From: Thermoplasmata archaeon | GTDB lineage: Archaea > Thermoplasmatota > Thermoplasmata > SG8-5 | Direction: 5' to 3' | Length of the DNA stretch: 12,763 nucleotides | Assembly: GCA_028703755.1 (NCBI GenBank) | Contig: JAQVMG010000038.1 | Location: 1-12,763, forward strand | Shown: piece by piece, positions 1-6,873 of the stretch | Layout of the letters: each line of letters begins with the position of its first letter | How positions within the stretch are numbered: position 1 is the stretch's first letter | Program-made: the position numbers and the translations under genes | The notes under the pieces: generated by a model | Databases searched by the model: none | Told to the model about the DNA's origin: nothing | What the model saw: only the letters and a program-made list of their open reading frames with translations

Positions 1-1
1 C

Positions 2-196
2 GTCATGGGCCATACCGAATTCATCACAACCATGGGCGCGGGCTGCCATGCGCACCCCCGCGGAACAAAGGCCGGAGCCGCAGCGCTGGTCCAGTCCTGC
101 GATGCTTATACCGGCGGAATTGACATTGCAGAGTATGCCAAATCCCACAGAGAACTTGCCGAGGCCATAGAGTTCTTTGGCAAGAAACAAAAGTGA
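2..196 (+). CDS. rbcL: RuBisCO large subunit, archaeal form III (or II/III) type; C-terminal 64 residues only, the 5' part lies upstream of the window
   Basis: The frame is open from the window edge to TGA at 194-196. The translation GAGCHAHPRGTKAGAAALVQS...IAEYAKSHRELAEAIEFF matches, from memory, the C-terminal GGGxHxHPxGxxAGAxAxRQA...EYAKxHxEL block of archaeal RuBisCO large subunits. This is only a fragment, so the form assignment is tentative. Confidence 0.65.
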   Translation, partial: VMGHTEFITTMGAGCHAHPRGTKAGAAALVQSCDAYTGGIDIAEYAKSHRELAEAIEFFGKKQK

Positions 197-242
197 TTTC
201 ATACCGCATAACCGCGCATGTTCCCGCGCTCTGTAACAAATG

Positions 243-250
243 CTTAAATA
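243..250 (+). promoter_or_regulatory. TATA-like box (CTTAAATA) upstream of the PEPCK gene
   Basis: An A/T-rich octamer lies about 28-35 nt upstream of the GTG at 278. This fits an archaeal TATA box driving a leaderless or short-leader mRNA. A second A/T box, TTATAAT, sits at 257-263. Confidence 0.3.
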
Positions 251-277
251 CCGGGCTTATAATGGACACGCCAGGCC

Positions 278-2206
278 GTGCCTGGATGCACGGCGGTGAG
301 CGTGATTTCCTTGATCAATAAAACCCGTATAATACTGGAAGAACATCTCCAGCAGGCCGGTTTGGAAAGACTGTATAACATCAACAATCCTGAGCTGCAT
401 GACACTGTGGCGAAGTTCATTGAACTTTGCCAGCCGTCAAGCGTATTTGTGGCGTCCGACGCGCCTGCGGATTGGAATTACATAAGGCAGTCTGCCATGA
501 GAAATCACGAGGAATCCCCGCTCAAACTGAAAAATCACACTGTCCACTACGATGCCTACGGGGACCAGGGGCGCGACAAGAAGAACACCCGGTACCTTCT
601 CGATGACCCGAATTACCTTGAGCCCGAACTCAATCAGATGGACCGTAACAGGGGCCTCGATGAGATGCACGGGCTCATGAACGGCATAATGAAGGGCAAG
701 GAAATGTTTGTCTGCTTCTTCAGCCTGGGACCGGTCGATTCACAGTATGCGATTCCCTGTCTGCAGATAACGGATTCTGCCTATGTGGCCCATTCCGAGC
801 ACATTCTTTACAGGACCGGATACAGGCTTTTTGAGAGGCACGGCAGGAAGGCCAAATTCTTCAGGCTGATACATTCAGAAGGCCGAACCTCGGAAGGCCC
901 CCTGGGGCTCATGGTATGCGACAACCTGGACAGCCGCCGGGTCTACATCGACATCAAAGACGAAACGGTTTACAGCGTCAACACCCAGTATGGCGGCAAC
1001 AGTATCGGAATGAAGAAACTCGCCATGCGCCTGGCCATCAACCGTGCCTGCAGTGAGGACTGGCTCACGGAACACATGTTCATCATGAGCGTCAGCGCGC
1101 GCTACGGCAGGAAGGTCTATCTTACCGGTGCTTTCCCCTCGATGTGCGGGAAAACCTCCACCACGATGGTTCCCGGGGAATCGATACTGGGCGACGATAT
1201 CGCCTTCCTGAGAAATGCAGGAGACTGCGTGCGCGCCGTAAATGTCGAAAAGGGCATGTTCGGCGTCATCCACGGAATCAACCCGAAAGACGACGAGCTC
1301 CAGTGGAAAGCCCTCAGAGATCCCCAGAACGAAGTCATTTTCTCGAATGTGCTGGTCAAGCCCGACGGCGACATATACTGGGACGGCATGGACAAGGAAA
1401 TTCCTGAGAAGGGAATCAACCATTCAGGCGTATGGCAGAGAGGTAAGAAGGACCCAGCCGGTAAGGAAATACCCGTTTCGCACAAGAACGCCAGGTTCAG
1501 CATATCACTGGATTGTCTGGACAACGTCGATATGCGTCTTGAGGATCCTGTAGGTGTCAAGGTCAGGGGAATGATTTATGGCGGTCGGGATTCGGACACA
1601 TGGGTTCCCGTTGAGGAGGCGTTCGATTGGCAGCACGGAATTATTACCAAAGGCGCAAGCCTGGAGTCCGAAACAACAGCTGCGACACTGGGCCAGCCCG
1701 GAGTTATGACGTTCAACCCGATGTCCAACCTGGATTTCCTCTCAGTGCCGGTAGGAACCTACGTCCAGAAGAACCTGGAGTTCGGCGCGAAATGCCAGAA
1801 TCCGCCACGCATATTCAGCGTGAATTATTTCCTGAAGGACACGGAATCAGACACATACTTGAACACAAAAACTGACAAACACATCTGGCTCAAATGGATT
1901 GCCAATAGGGTGCATGAAGATGCCGATGCAGTCCGTACACCCACCGGCATGATTCCCACATTCGGCGACCTTAAAGAGATATTCAAGGAAGTTTCGGGCA
2001 GGAATTACTCACAGGAAGACTATGTGCGCCAGTTCTCCTTCTGGGCACAGTCGCATCTCCACAAGATAGACAGGCTTCTCGTGCTCTACCGCGACAGGGT
2101 GAAGAACACACCGCCGGTGCTGTTCGAGGTCATGGAAGCGCAGAGGGCCAGGATAGACGACCTGAGGAACCGGAAGGGCGACATTGTGTCGCCGTTCGAC
2201 CTGTGA
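278..2206 (+). CDS. pckG: Phosphoenolpyruvate carboxykinase, GTP-dependent
   Basis: A 642-aa ORF. It carries the kinase-1a/P-loop block FPSMCGKTS (compare FPSACGKTN in GTP-PEPCKs), plus WLTEHMFIM, GDDIAF, NARFS, YGGRDSD and FSVNYFLKD blocks that are collinear with animal and archaeal GTP-PEPCK as I recall them. The start is uncertain: GTG 278, in-frame GTG 296/302 or TTG 311 are all possible, and there is no early in-frame ATG. Confidence 0.9.
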   Translation: MPGCTAVSVISLINKTRIILEEHLQQAGLERLYNINNPELHDTVAKFIELCQPSSVFVASDAPADWNYIRQSAMRNHEESPLKLKNHTVHYDAYGDQGRDKKNTRYLLDDPNYLEPELNQMDRNRGLDEMHGLMNGIMKGKEMFVCFFSLGPVDSQYAIPCLQITDSAYVAHSEHILYRTGYRLFERHGRKAKFFRLIHSEGRTSEGPLGLMVCDNLDSRRVYIDIKDETVYSVNTQYGGNSIGMKKLAMRLAINRACSEDWLTEHMFIMSVSARYGRKVYLTGAFPSMCGKTSTTMVPGESILGDDIAFLRNAGDCVRAVNVEKGMFGVIHGINPKDDELQWKALRDPQNEVIFSNVLVKPDGDIYWDGMDKEIPEKGINHSGVWQRGKKDPAGKEIPVSHKNARFSISLDCLDNVDMRLEDPVGVKVRGMIYGGRDSDTWVPVEEAFDWQHGIITKGASLESETTAATLGQPGVMTFNPMSNLDFLSVPVGTYVQKNLEFGAKCQNPPRIFSVNYFLKDTESDTYLNTKTDKHIWLKWIANRVHEDADAVRTPTGMIPTFGDLKEIFKEVSGRNYSQEDYVRQFSFWAQSHLHKIDRLLVLYRDRVKNTPPVLFEVMEAQRARIDDLRNRKGDIVSPFDL

Positions 2207-2223
2207 GATTATCCTACCGATAT

Positions 2224-2263
2224 CCCATGTGAGATTGGCGTATATGGTGCCCTGCCACATGGG
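2224..2263. terminator. 8-bp inverted repeat (CCCATGTG ... CACATGGG) just downstream of the pckG stop
   Basis: CCCATGTG at 2224-2231 is the exact reverse complement of CACATGGG at 2256-2263, with a 24-nt loop. It starts 18 nt after the TGA at 2204-2206 and abuts tRNA-like copy A. Its function, whether terminator or part of the repeat cluster, is not established. Confidence 0.25.
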
Positions 2264-2290
2264 CGGTTGGCCGGACTTGAACAGCGCCGA
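2261..2290 (-). repeat. Degenerate copy A of the tRNA-Phe 3' end (T-arm plus acceptor 3' strand), same orientation as the tRNA
   Basis: GCGGTTGGCCGGACTTGAAC at 2263-2282 is identical to 2512-2531 inside tRNA-Phe. The similarity continues as AGCG after a 1-nt deletion (GAAC-AGCG versus GAACCAGCG), and that deletion breaks the T-stem. No matching 5' acceptor strand or cloverleaf was found. Confidence 0.8.
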
Positions 2291-2340
2291 TTCGGTCTCT
2301 AGATATTCCATCATGTCAATTCTGATGGGATTGCCAAAAA

Positions 2341-2369
2341 TGCTGTAGGCCGGACTTGAACAGCGCCGA
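2341..2369 (-). repeat. Degenerate copy B of the tRNA-Phe 3' end, same orientation as the tRNA
   Basis: GGCCGGACTTGAACAGCGCCGA at 2348-2369 is identical to 2269-2290 in copy A, including the same 1-nt deletion. The acceptor-equivalent part, TGCTGTA at 2341-2347, differs from the tRNA at a few positions. Confidence 0.75.
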
Positions 2370-2466
2370 GTTACTTTTATTAGAAAATGTTATTGTCGTA
2401 ACTCGGCTTAGTATTGATGGGATGCGCAGGAAAACATTGTGAACTGCTATTAATCAAGTCCGGCCA
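2348..2466. repeat. Nested inverted-repeat element: a 12-bp outer stem enclosing a 10-bp inner hairpin
   Basis: Outer stem: GGCCGGACTTGA at 2348-2359 pairs exactly with TCAAGTCCGGCC at 2455-2466. Inner stem: GCCGAGTTAC at 2365-2374 pairs exactly with GTAACTCGGC at 2398-2407, around a 23-nt A/T-rich loop. No ORF is present. Confidence 0.6.
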
Positions 2467-2469
2467 ACC
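2454..2469 (+). repeat. Inverted copy D of the tRNA-Phe T-arm/acceptor segment
   Basis: TCAAGTCCGGCCAACC at 2454-2469 is the exact reverse complement of GGTTGGCCGGACTTGA at 2514-2529 (inside tRNA-Phe) and at 2265-2280 (copy A). Confidence 0.8.
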
Positions 2470-2510
2470 TAAGTTAATATTATCATACTGAGTGCAGATA
2501 GAAAATAATA

Positions 2511-2583
2511 TGCGGTTGGCCGGACTTGAACCAGCGACTACCTGATCTTCAGTCAGGCACTCTCCCAGCTGAGTTACAACCGC
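2511..2583 (-). tRNA. tRNA-Phe (anticodon GAA), 73 nt, no encoded CCA, no intron
   Basis: The minus strand reads GCGGTTG TA ACTC AGCTGGGA GAGT G CCTGA CTGAAGA TCAGG TAGTC GCTGG TTCAAGT CCGGC CAACCGC A. This is a complete cloverleaf with a 7-bp acceptor, 4-bp D stem, 5-bp anticodon stem, 5-nt variable loop and a 5-bp T stem containing one T-G pair. G37 in the anticodon loop and the AGCTGGGAGAG D-loop are archaeal/eukaryotic in style. Confidence 0.95.
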
Positions 2584-2612
2584 ATTGGGACATTGGCGCA
2601 ACGGATAATCGC

Positions 2613-2626
2613 ATATTAACCTTTTG
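2613..2626 (-). promoter_or_regulatory. BRE/TATA-like promoter for tRNA-Phe
   Basis: The minus strand reads CAAAAGG TTAATAT GC, a purine-rich BRE-like stretch followed by TTAATAT. It is centred about 33 nt upstream of the mature tRNA 5' end at 2583. Confidence 0.4.
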
Positions 2627-2640
2627 TCCTCTTCTGATAA

Positions 2641-2649
2641 TATATTTAA
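2641..2649 (+). promoter_or_regulatory. TATA-like box (TATATTTAA) for the acyl-CoA dehydrogenase gene
   Basis: It is centred about 28 nt upstream of the ATG at 2673, with no Shine-Dalgarno in between. This is consistent with a leaderless archaeal mRNA and is divergent from the tRNA promoter. Confidence 0.4.
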
Positions 2650-2672
2650 CGTATCAGTGTTTCTCCCGCCCA

Positions 2673-3812
2673 ATGAACTTCGACCTCACAAAGGAACAGC
2701 TCATGGTCCAGTCTGCCGTCAGGGCATTCGCGGAAAAGGAGATTAAGCCCATAGCCGCGGAACTTGACAGGACCGGCGATTTTCCCTGGCCCATCCTCCG
2801 CAAGATGGGCGGGCTCAATATGCTGGGCATGACCGTTCCCAGGGAATGGGGCGGAGCCGGCGTTGACTCAATCTCCTATACCTTGGCCATCGAGGAACTT
2901 GCCCGGGTCTGCGGTTCAACCAGCGTCATAATGGCTGTTCACAACTCCGTCTGCTGTTATCCCATATACAAATTCGGCACCGATGCCCAGAAGGAAAAGT
3001 TCCTCAGACCGCTGGCCGAGGGAAGGAAGCTAGGCGGATTCGCCCTGACAGAGCCGAGCGCGGGTTCGGATGCCAGCGCAGTTCGGGCCACTGCAATATT
3101 AGATGGGGATTATTATATTTTAAATGGAAATAAAATATTCATCACATCCGGCTGCGAGGCGGACACCCTCCTCGTTATCGCCTCCACAGACCTGTCCAAA
3201 GGAACCAAGGGGCTCACCGCGTTCATTGTCGAGAAAGGAACCCCCGGTTTCAGTTACGGCAGCATCGAGGACAAGATGGGCGTGCGCGCATCAGCCACCT
3301 CTGAGCTGGTCTTCGAGAACTGCAGGATACCGAAAGAGAACCTGCTCGGCGAGCTGAACGGCGGCTTCAGGATAGGGATGACCACACTGGACGGCGGCCG
3401 AATAGGCATAGCCGCGCAGGCCGTCGGAATTGCCCAGGGCGCCCTTGACGAAGCAGTGAAATATGCTAAGGAGCGTGAGCAGTTCGGCCGACCCATCGGC
3501 AGGTTCCAGGCTATCCAGTGGATGCTGGCCGAGATGGCCACGAAGATTGCGGCTGCAAGATATCTTGTCCAGAGGGCGGCGCATCTGAAGGATTCCCACC
3601 TGGCGTTCTCCAAGGAGAGTGCCATGGCAAAGCTTTACGCCTCAAGGATAGCCATGGAAGTGGCGAACAGCGCGCTCCAGATCCACGGCGGTTACGGATA
3701 TACAAAGGATTACGCTGTCGAGAGGTTCTTCCGCGAAGCCAAGATCACCGAGATATACGAGGGCACAAGCGAGGTCCAGAGATTGGTGATTGCCAGGGAT
3801 TCTTTGAAGTAG
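2673..3812 (+). CDS. Acyl-CoA dehydrogenase (short/medium-chain, butyryl-CoA dehydrogenase-like)
   Basis: 379 aa, starting MNFDLTKEQ. It has ACAD hallmarks: GFALTEPSAGSDA, the FITSG block, QFGRPIGRFQAIQ, and a C-terminal IYEGTSEVQRLVIAR block carrying the catalytic Glu. The upstream extension of the track ORF from 2526 runs through the tRNA gene and is rejected. Confidence 0.9.
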   Translation: MNFDLTKEQLMVQSAVRAFAEKEIKPIAAELDRTGDFPWPILRKMGGLNMLGMTVPREWGGAGVDSISYTLAIEELARVCGSTSVIMAVHNSVCCYPIYKFGTDAQKEKFLRPLAEGRKLGGFALTEPSAGSDASAVRATAILDGDYYILNGNKIFITSGCEADTLLVIASTDLSKGTKGLTAFIVEKGTPGFSYGSIEDKMGVRASATSELVFENCRIPKENLLGELNGGFRIGMTTLDGGRIGIAAQAVGIAQGALDEAVKYAKEREQFGRPIGRFQAIQWMLAEMATKIAAARYLVQRAAHLKDSHLAFSKESAMAKLYASRIAMEVANSALQIHGGYGYTKDYAVERFFREAKITEIYEGTSEVQRLVIARDSLK

Positions 3813-3874
3813 GATTTTCTCAATCCCGCCAGGGCTTCCGCTGTTCTGCGTAATTAATAAAATTAAGGAAAATG

Positions 3875-3892
3875 TGTGGGCCGAAGCCCACA
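3875..3892. terminator. Hairpin between the convergent ACAD and aquaporin genes
   Basis: TGTGGGC at 3875-3881, loop CGAA, GCCCACA at 3886-3892, plus a flanking G-T pair, followed by TTCTT. It lies 3 nt beyond the aquaporin stop codon (3896-3898 on the minus strand) and 62 nt after the ACAD stop. Confidence 0.45.
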
Positions 3893-3895
3893 TTC

Positions 3896-4609
3896 TTAAA
3901 TTCTGTCTGTCGCTTTGATGTTGGAAAGGTACATCCAGACTATCGCTGCAAGCATGGCGCCGGCAATGGGGGCGGCCCAGAACAGCCACAGCTGCTCTAT
4001 CGCCGTTCCGTTGACAAACAGTGCCGGTCCAAGGCTCCTTGCAGGGTTCACGGATGTGCCGGTTATCGGTATTCCGATGATGTGCACGAGGAATAGCGCG
4101 AAACCTATGGCCATTCCCTCGAATCCCTTGTAAGCGAACTTCGATGTGACCTTCAGGATCACGTACACGAAGAAGAACGTGAGGAAAACCTCGACGATGA
4201 ATGCAGATGTCACATTGTAGCCGTCCTGGTATCCGTCACCGAACCCGTTCTGCCCGAGCCCGTCAGCGACATCAAATCCCGAGACTCCGGAGGCGACGGC
4301 GAAAAGAAGGCCTGCGCCGGCAATTGCTCCGAGGCATTGCACTGCGATGTAGATTAACGCGTCCTTTGACTTGATTTTCTTGACCATCCACATGGCGATT
4401 GTGACCGCCGGATTGACGAAACAGCCGGATATTGGGCCGATGGCGTAGCAGAGTACAAGAAGGACCATTCCGAATGCGAATGCAATCCCGAGGAAACCGA
4501 TATAATTTCCCGCGATGACTGCGCTTCCACAGCCGAAGAACACCAGGGCCAGTGTACCTAAAAATTCGGCAATATACTTTCTGTTGACATGTATTTCATT
4601 CCCGCTCAT
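3896..4609 (-). CDS. aqpM: Aquaporin / MIP-family channel (AqpM-like)
   Basis: It has two NPA boxes (SGCFVNPAVT and GTSVNPARS) and six predicted hydrophobic segments. I place the start at ATG 4609 (MSGNEIHVNRKY) because GAGGA lies 6-10 nt upstream. The track ORF start at 4636 would add 9 residues and lies very close to the A/T-rich promoter region. Confidence 0.9.
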   Translation of the reverse strand: MSGNEIHVNRKYIAEFLGTLALVFFGCGSAVIAGNYIGFLGIAFAFGMVLLVLCYAIGPISGCFVNPAVTIAMWMVKKIKSKDALIYIAVQCLGAIAGAGLLFAVASGVSGFDVADGLGQNGFGDGYQDGYNVTSAFIVEVFLTFFFVYVILKVTSKFAYKGFEGMAIGFALFLVHIIGIPITGTSVNPARSLGPALFVNGTAIEQLWLFWAAPIAGAMLAAIVWMYLSNIKATDRI

Positions 4610-4640
4610 AGTACATCCTCGGGACGGATATATCATTCAT

Positions 4641-4707
4641 TATATTAAATATTTATGTTCAATATAAATATCCGGGTTCGGATTGCCCACATTCATTAAA
4701 TTTAAAT
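4641..4707. promoter_or_regulatory. Divergent promoter region between the aquaporin and MetRS genes
   Basis: This A/T-rich interval holds TATATTAAATATTTAT at 4641-4656, which on the minus strand lies about 25 nt upstream of a plausible aquaporin transcription start. It also holds ATTAAATTTAAAT at 4695-4707, centred about 25-31 nt upstream of the in-frame MetRS ATGs at 4726 and 4732. Confidence 0.35.
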
Positions 4708-4710
4708 CCT

Positions 4711-6873
4711 ATGCTCACATTGGACATGAGCATGGCAAAGATATTCATCGGCGTGGCATGGCCCTATGCAAACGGACCCATTCACGTTGGCCACATGGCG
4801 GGCTGCAACCTTCCCCCGGACATATTCAGAAAATACCACAGGATGAAGGGAAACGAGGTACTGATGGTCTCGGGCAGCGACATGCACGGCACGCCAGTTA
4901 CGGTCAAAGCGGAGAAGGAAGGCATCAGCCCGCTGGAACTGGCCCGGAAATATCATGAGATGAATGTGAAAGCCCTCTCCGATTTCGGCATCGAGTTCGA
5001 CCTGTTCCTCAGCACCGAGGACCCGACACACATCGCCGAGGTGAAGAAACTTTTCCTGAGGCTGCTTGAAAGAGGGTATCTGTATGAAAAGGAGATGGAG
5101 CTTCCCTTCTGCCCCAAATGCAACCGCACTCTGCCGGACAGATATGTCGAAGGGGAATGCCCGCACTGCCATTTCGAGAAGGCAAGAGGGGACCAGTGCG
5201 AGAAATGCGGCAAGCTGATGGACCCGGACATGCTTATCGGGCTCAGGTGCATCGCCTGCGGAACGGCTCCCGAGTTCGTCAGGAGGAACCACTTCTTTTT
5301 CAGGCTCAGCGCGCAGGAAGAGCCCCTGAAGGAATGGATGGCACCCATGAACCACTGGAGGCCCCATGTCCTCAATTTCTCCAGGATGTACCTGGAATCC
5401 GGCCTCAAGGACCGCCCGGTGACCCGCGACACAACATACGGCATAGAGATTCCGGTCGCCGGCCACGATGACAAAAGGATTTACGTCTGGTTCGAGGCCT
5501 TCATGGGCTATTACACCATGGCGGTGAAATGGGCAGACGGCGACCTGAGGAAATTCGAGAGTTTCTGGAAGAATCCCGAATGCCGCCATTACTACTTCCT
5601 GGGCAAGGACAACATCCCGTTCCATACGATATTCTGGCCCGCGGTCCTGAAATCCCTGGACTGGGGCCTCAACCTGCCTTACGACGTTCCCGCCAACGCA
5701 TACCTGAAATATGCCGGCGAGCAGTTCTCCAAATCCCGCGGCGTATCCATCGACATCAAAGACATCGTTGTAAAATTCGATCCTGACGCAATGCGGTATT
5801 TCATGACCACCACGATGCCGGAGAACCGCGACACGGATTTCACCTGGGACGATTTCATCACAAGGAACAACAGCGAACTGGTCGCAACTTACGGAAATTT
5901 CGTCCACAGGGCACTGAGTTTCACCCACAGGAATTTCGGTGAGATCCCAGCCGGCGTTATGGATTCCGGGGCATCAACAGAAATGAAAAACGCCCTTGAG
6001 GAAGTGGCCCAGCACCTTGAGAAATGCGAATTCAAGAACGCGATAAGGCGTGCCATGGAGCTCGCCAGATTCGGCAACCAGTACATCGATTCGAAGGCGC
6101 CTTGGAAGCAACTCAAGGAATCCAGGGATGAATGCGCGAACACGCTGTTCACTTCCCTGTCCATTTCGAAAGCCCTTTCTGTGATTATGGCGCCATTCAT
6201 GCCGTTCTCGTCACAGAGGCTCTGGGCCTCTCTCGGGGAACCGGGAAAAGTCCTGGATGCCCGGTGGGAGTCAGCACTTGAGCCCATCCAGGCAGGCAGA
6301 AAGCTCGCAGAGCCGCTGCCGCTTTTCAGGAAACTTGAAATTGAAGATACAGTGAAATTGGAGGCGAAGAAGATGGACCCCCCACAGGCCGGCGGCCTTG
6401 ACAAACTGGACCTCAGAGTTGGTGAGGTGAAGACAGCGAACGACCATCCCGACGCGGACAAGCTGGTAGTGCTCACGGTAGATGTCGGCACTGAAGTGCG
6501 CCAGCTGTGCGCAGGGCTGAAGAAGCACTATCCCATCGCGGAGTTCGTGGGCAAGAAGATTATCGTTGTCTGCAACCTGCAGCCAGCCAAACTGAGAGGC
6601 GTCATGTCAGAGGGCATGCTTCTTGCGGCAAGCGAAGGTGACGTCGTAAGTCTCCTCCAACCGCCCCAGGACTCGAAACCCGGCGACAGGGTGGACGGCA
6701 CAACCGCAGCGCCTCAAATAACGATAAACGACTTTTCCGCCTTCCCGCTTCAGACTGGCCAGGACCGAAACGCAGAATACGTTTCACCTGACGGAAAACA
6801 CCATGCTCTCACAGTCGGCGGAAAACCCATCGGAACCGACAGGAACGTCGGACCCGGAGCAAAGATAAAATGA
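4711..6873 (+). CDS. metG: Methionyl-tRNA synthetase with zinc-knuckle insertion and C-terminal EMAPII/Trbp111-like tRNA-binding domain
   Basis: It has the HIGH-type motif PIHVGHMAG, the KMSKS-type motif KFSKSRG, Cys clusters CPKC...CPHC...CEKC...CIAC, and a C-terminal DLRVGEVKTANDHPDADKLVVLTVDVG OB-fold block. The true start may be ATG 4726 or 4732 (MAKIFIGVAWPYANG), given the TATA-like box at 4695-4707. Confidence 0.95.
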   Translation: MLTLDMSMAKIFIGVAWPYANGPIHVGHMAGCNLPPDIFRKYHRMKGNEVLMVSGSDMHGTPVTVKAEKEGISPLELARKYHEMNVKALSDFGIEFDLFLSTEDPTHIAEVKKLFLRLLERGYLYEKEMELPFCPKCNRTLPDRYVEGECPHCHFEKARGDQCEKCGKLMDPDMLIGLRCIACGTAPEFVRRNHFFFRLSAQEEPLKEWMAPMNHWRPHVLNFSRMYLESGLKDRPVTRDTTYGIEIPVAGHDDKRIYVWFEAFMGYYTMAVKWADGDLRKFESFWKNPECRHYYFLGKDNIPFHTIFWPAVLKSLDWGLNLPYDVPANAYLKYAGEQFSKSRGVSIDIKDIVVKFDPDAMRYFMTTTMPENRDTDFTWDDFITRNNSELVATYGNFVHRALSFTHRNFGEIPAGVMDSGASTEMKNALEEVAQHLEKCEFKNAIRRAMELARFGNQYIDSKAPWKQLKESRDECANTLFTSLSISKALSVIMAPFMPFSSQRLWASLGEPGKVLDARWESALEPIQAGRKLAEPLPLFRKLEIEDTVKLEAKKMDPPQAGGLDKLDLRVGEVKTANDHPDADKLVVLTVDVGTEVRQLCAGLKKHYPIAEFVGKKIIVVCNLQPAKLRGVMSEGMLLAASEGDVVSLLQPPQDSKPGDRVDGTTAAPQITINDFSAFPLQTGQDRNAEYVSPDGKHHALTVGGKPIGTDRNVGPGAKIK

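Noticed and set aside
2-196. GAG instead of the usual GGG in the RuBisCO C-terminal phosphate-binding block (MGAGCHAHP), which could suggest a RuBisCO-like, non-carboxylating protein
   Set aside because: Only 64 residues are visible and my alignment of this motif is from memory. The catalytic residues that separate true RuBisCO from RLPs lie upstream of the window, so no conclusion is justified.
875-1560. Minus-strand ORFs of 182 and 147 aa, plus short plus-strand off-frame ORFs, inside pckG
   Set aside because: All are nested within the strongly supported PEPCK reading frame and show no motifs. They are frame-shadow artefacts.
2291-2310. CTCTAGA segment read as an anticodon loop with a CTA (amber, pyrrolysine-type) anticodon within tRNA-like unit A
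   Set aside because: No 5-6 bp anticodon stem flanks it on either strand. No acceptor-stem partner exists for the unit, and the T-stem is broken by a deletion. TCTAGA is simply a palindrome, so this is not a tRNA-Pyl or a suppressor tRNA.
2261-2536. CRISPR-like reading of the repeated 20-22-mers
   Set aside because: There are only three direct copies and one inverted copy. The spacing is irregular (about 80 and 165 nt), the repeats are tRNA-derived, and one copy lies inside a functional tRNA. No cas genes are present.
2526-2672. N-terminal 49-codon extension of the acyl-CoA dehydrogenase ORF given in the ORF track (start at 2526)
   Set aside because: The extension runs antisense through the tRNA-Phe gene and both promoters. 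The ACAD homology begins at MNFDLTKEQ (ATG 2673), which has its own TATA-like box.
3810-3857. Possible read-through or pyrrolysine decoding of the TAG stop codon of the ACAD gene (and of the nikR TAG at 9933-9935)
   Set aside because: ACAD homology is complete at the TAG. Read-through would add only 14 unremarkable codons before a TAA. I found no PYLIS-like evidence or tRNA-Pyl in the window.
4702-5928. 408-aa minus-strand ORF
   Set aside because: It lies entirely antisense to the motif-rich metG gene. Its translation is low-complexity (rich in V, G, A, E, R) with no recognisable family motif. This is the typical shadow ORF of a GC-rich coding region.
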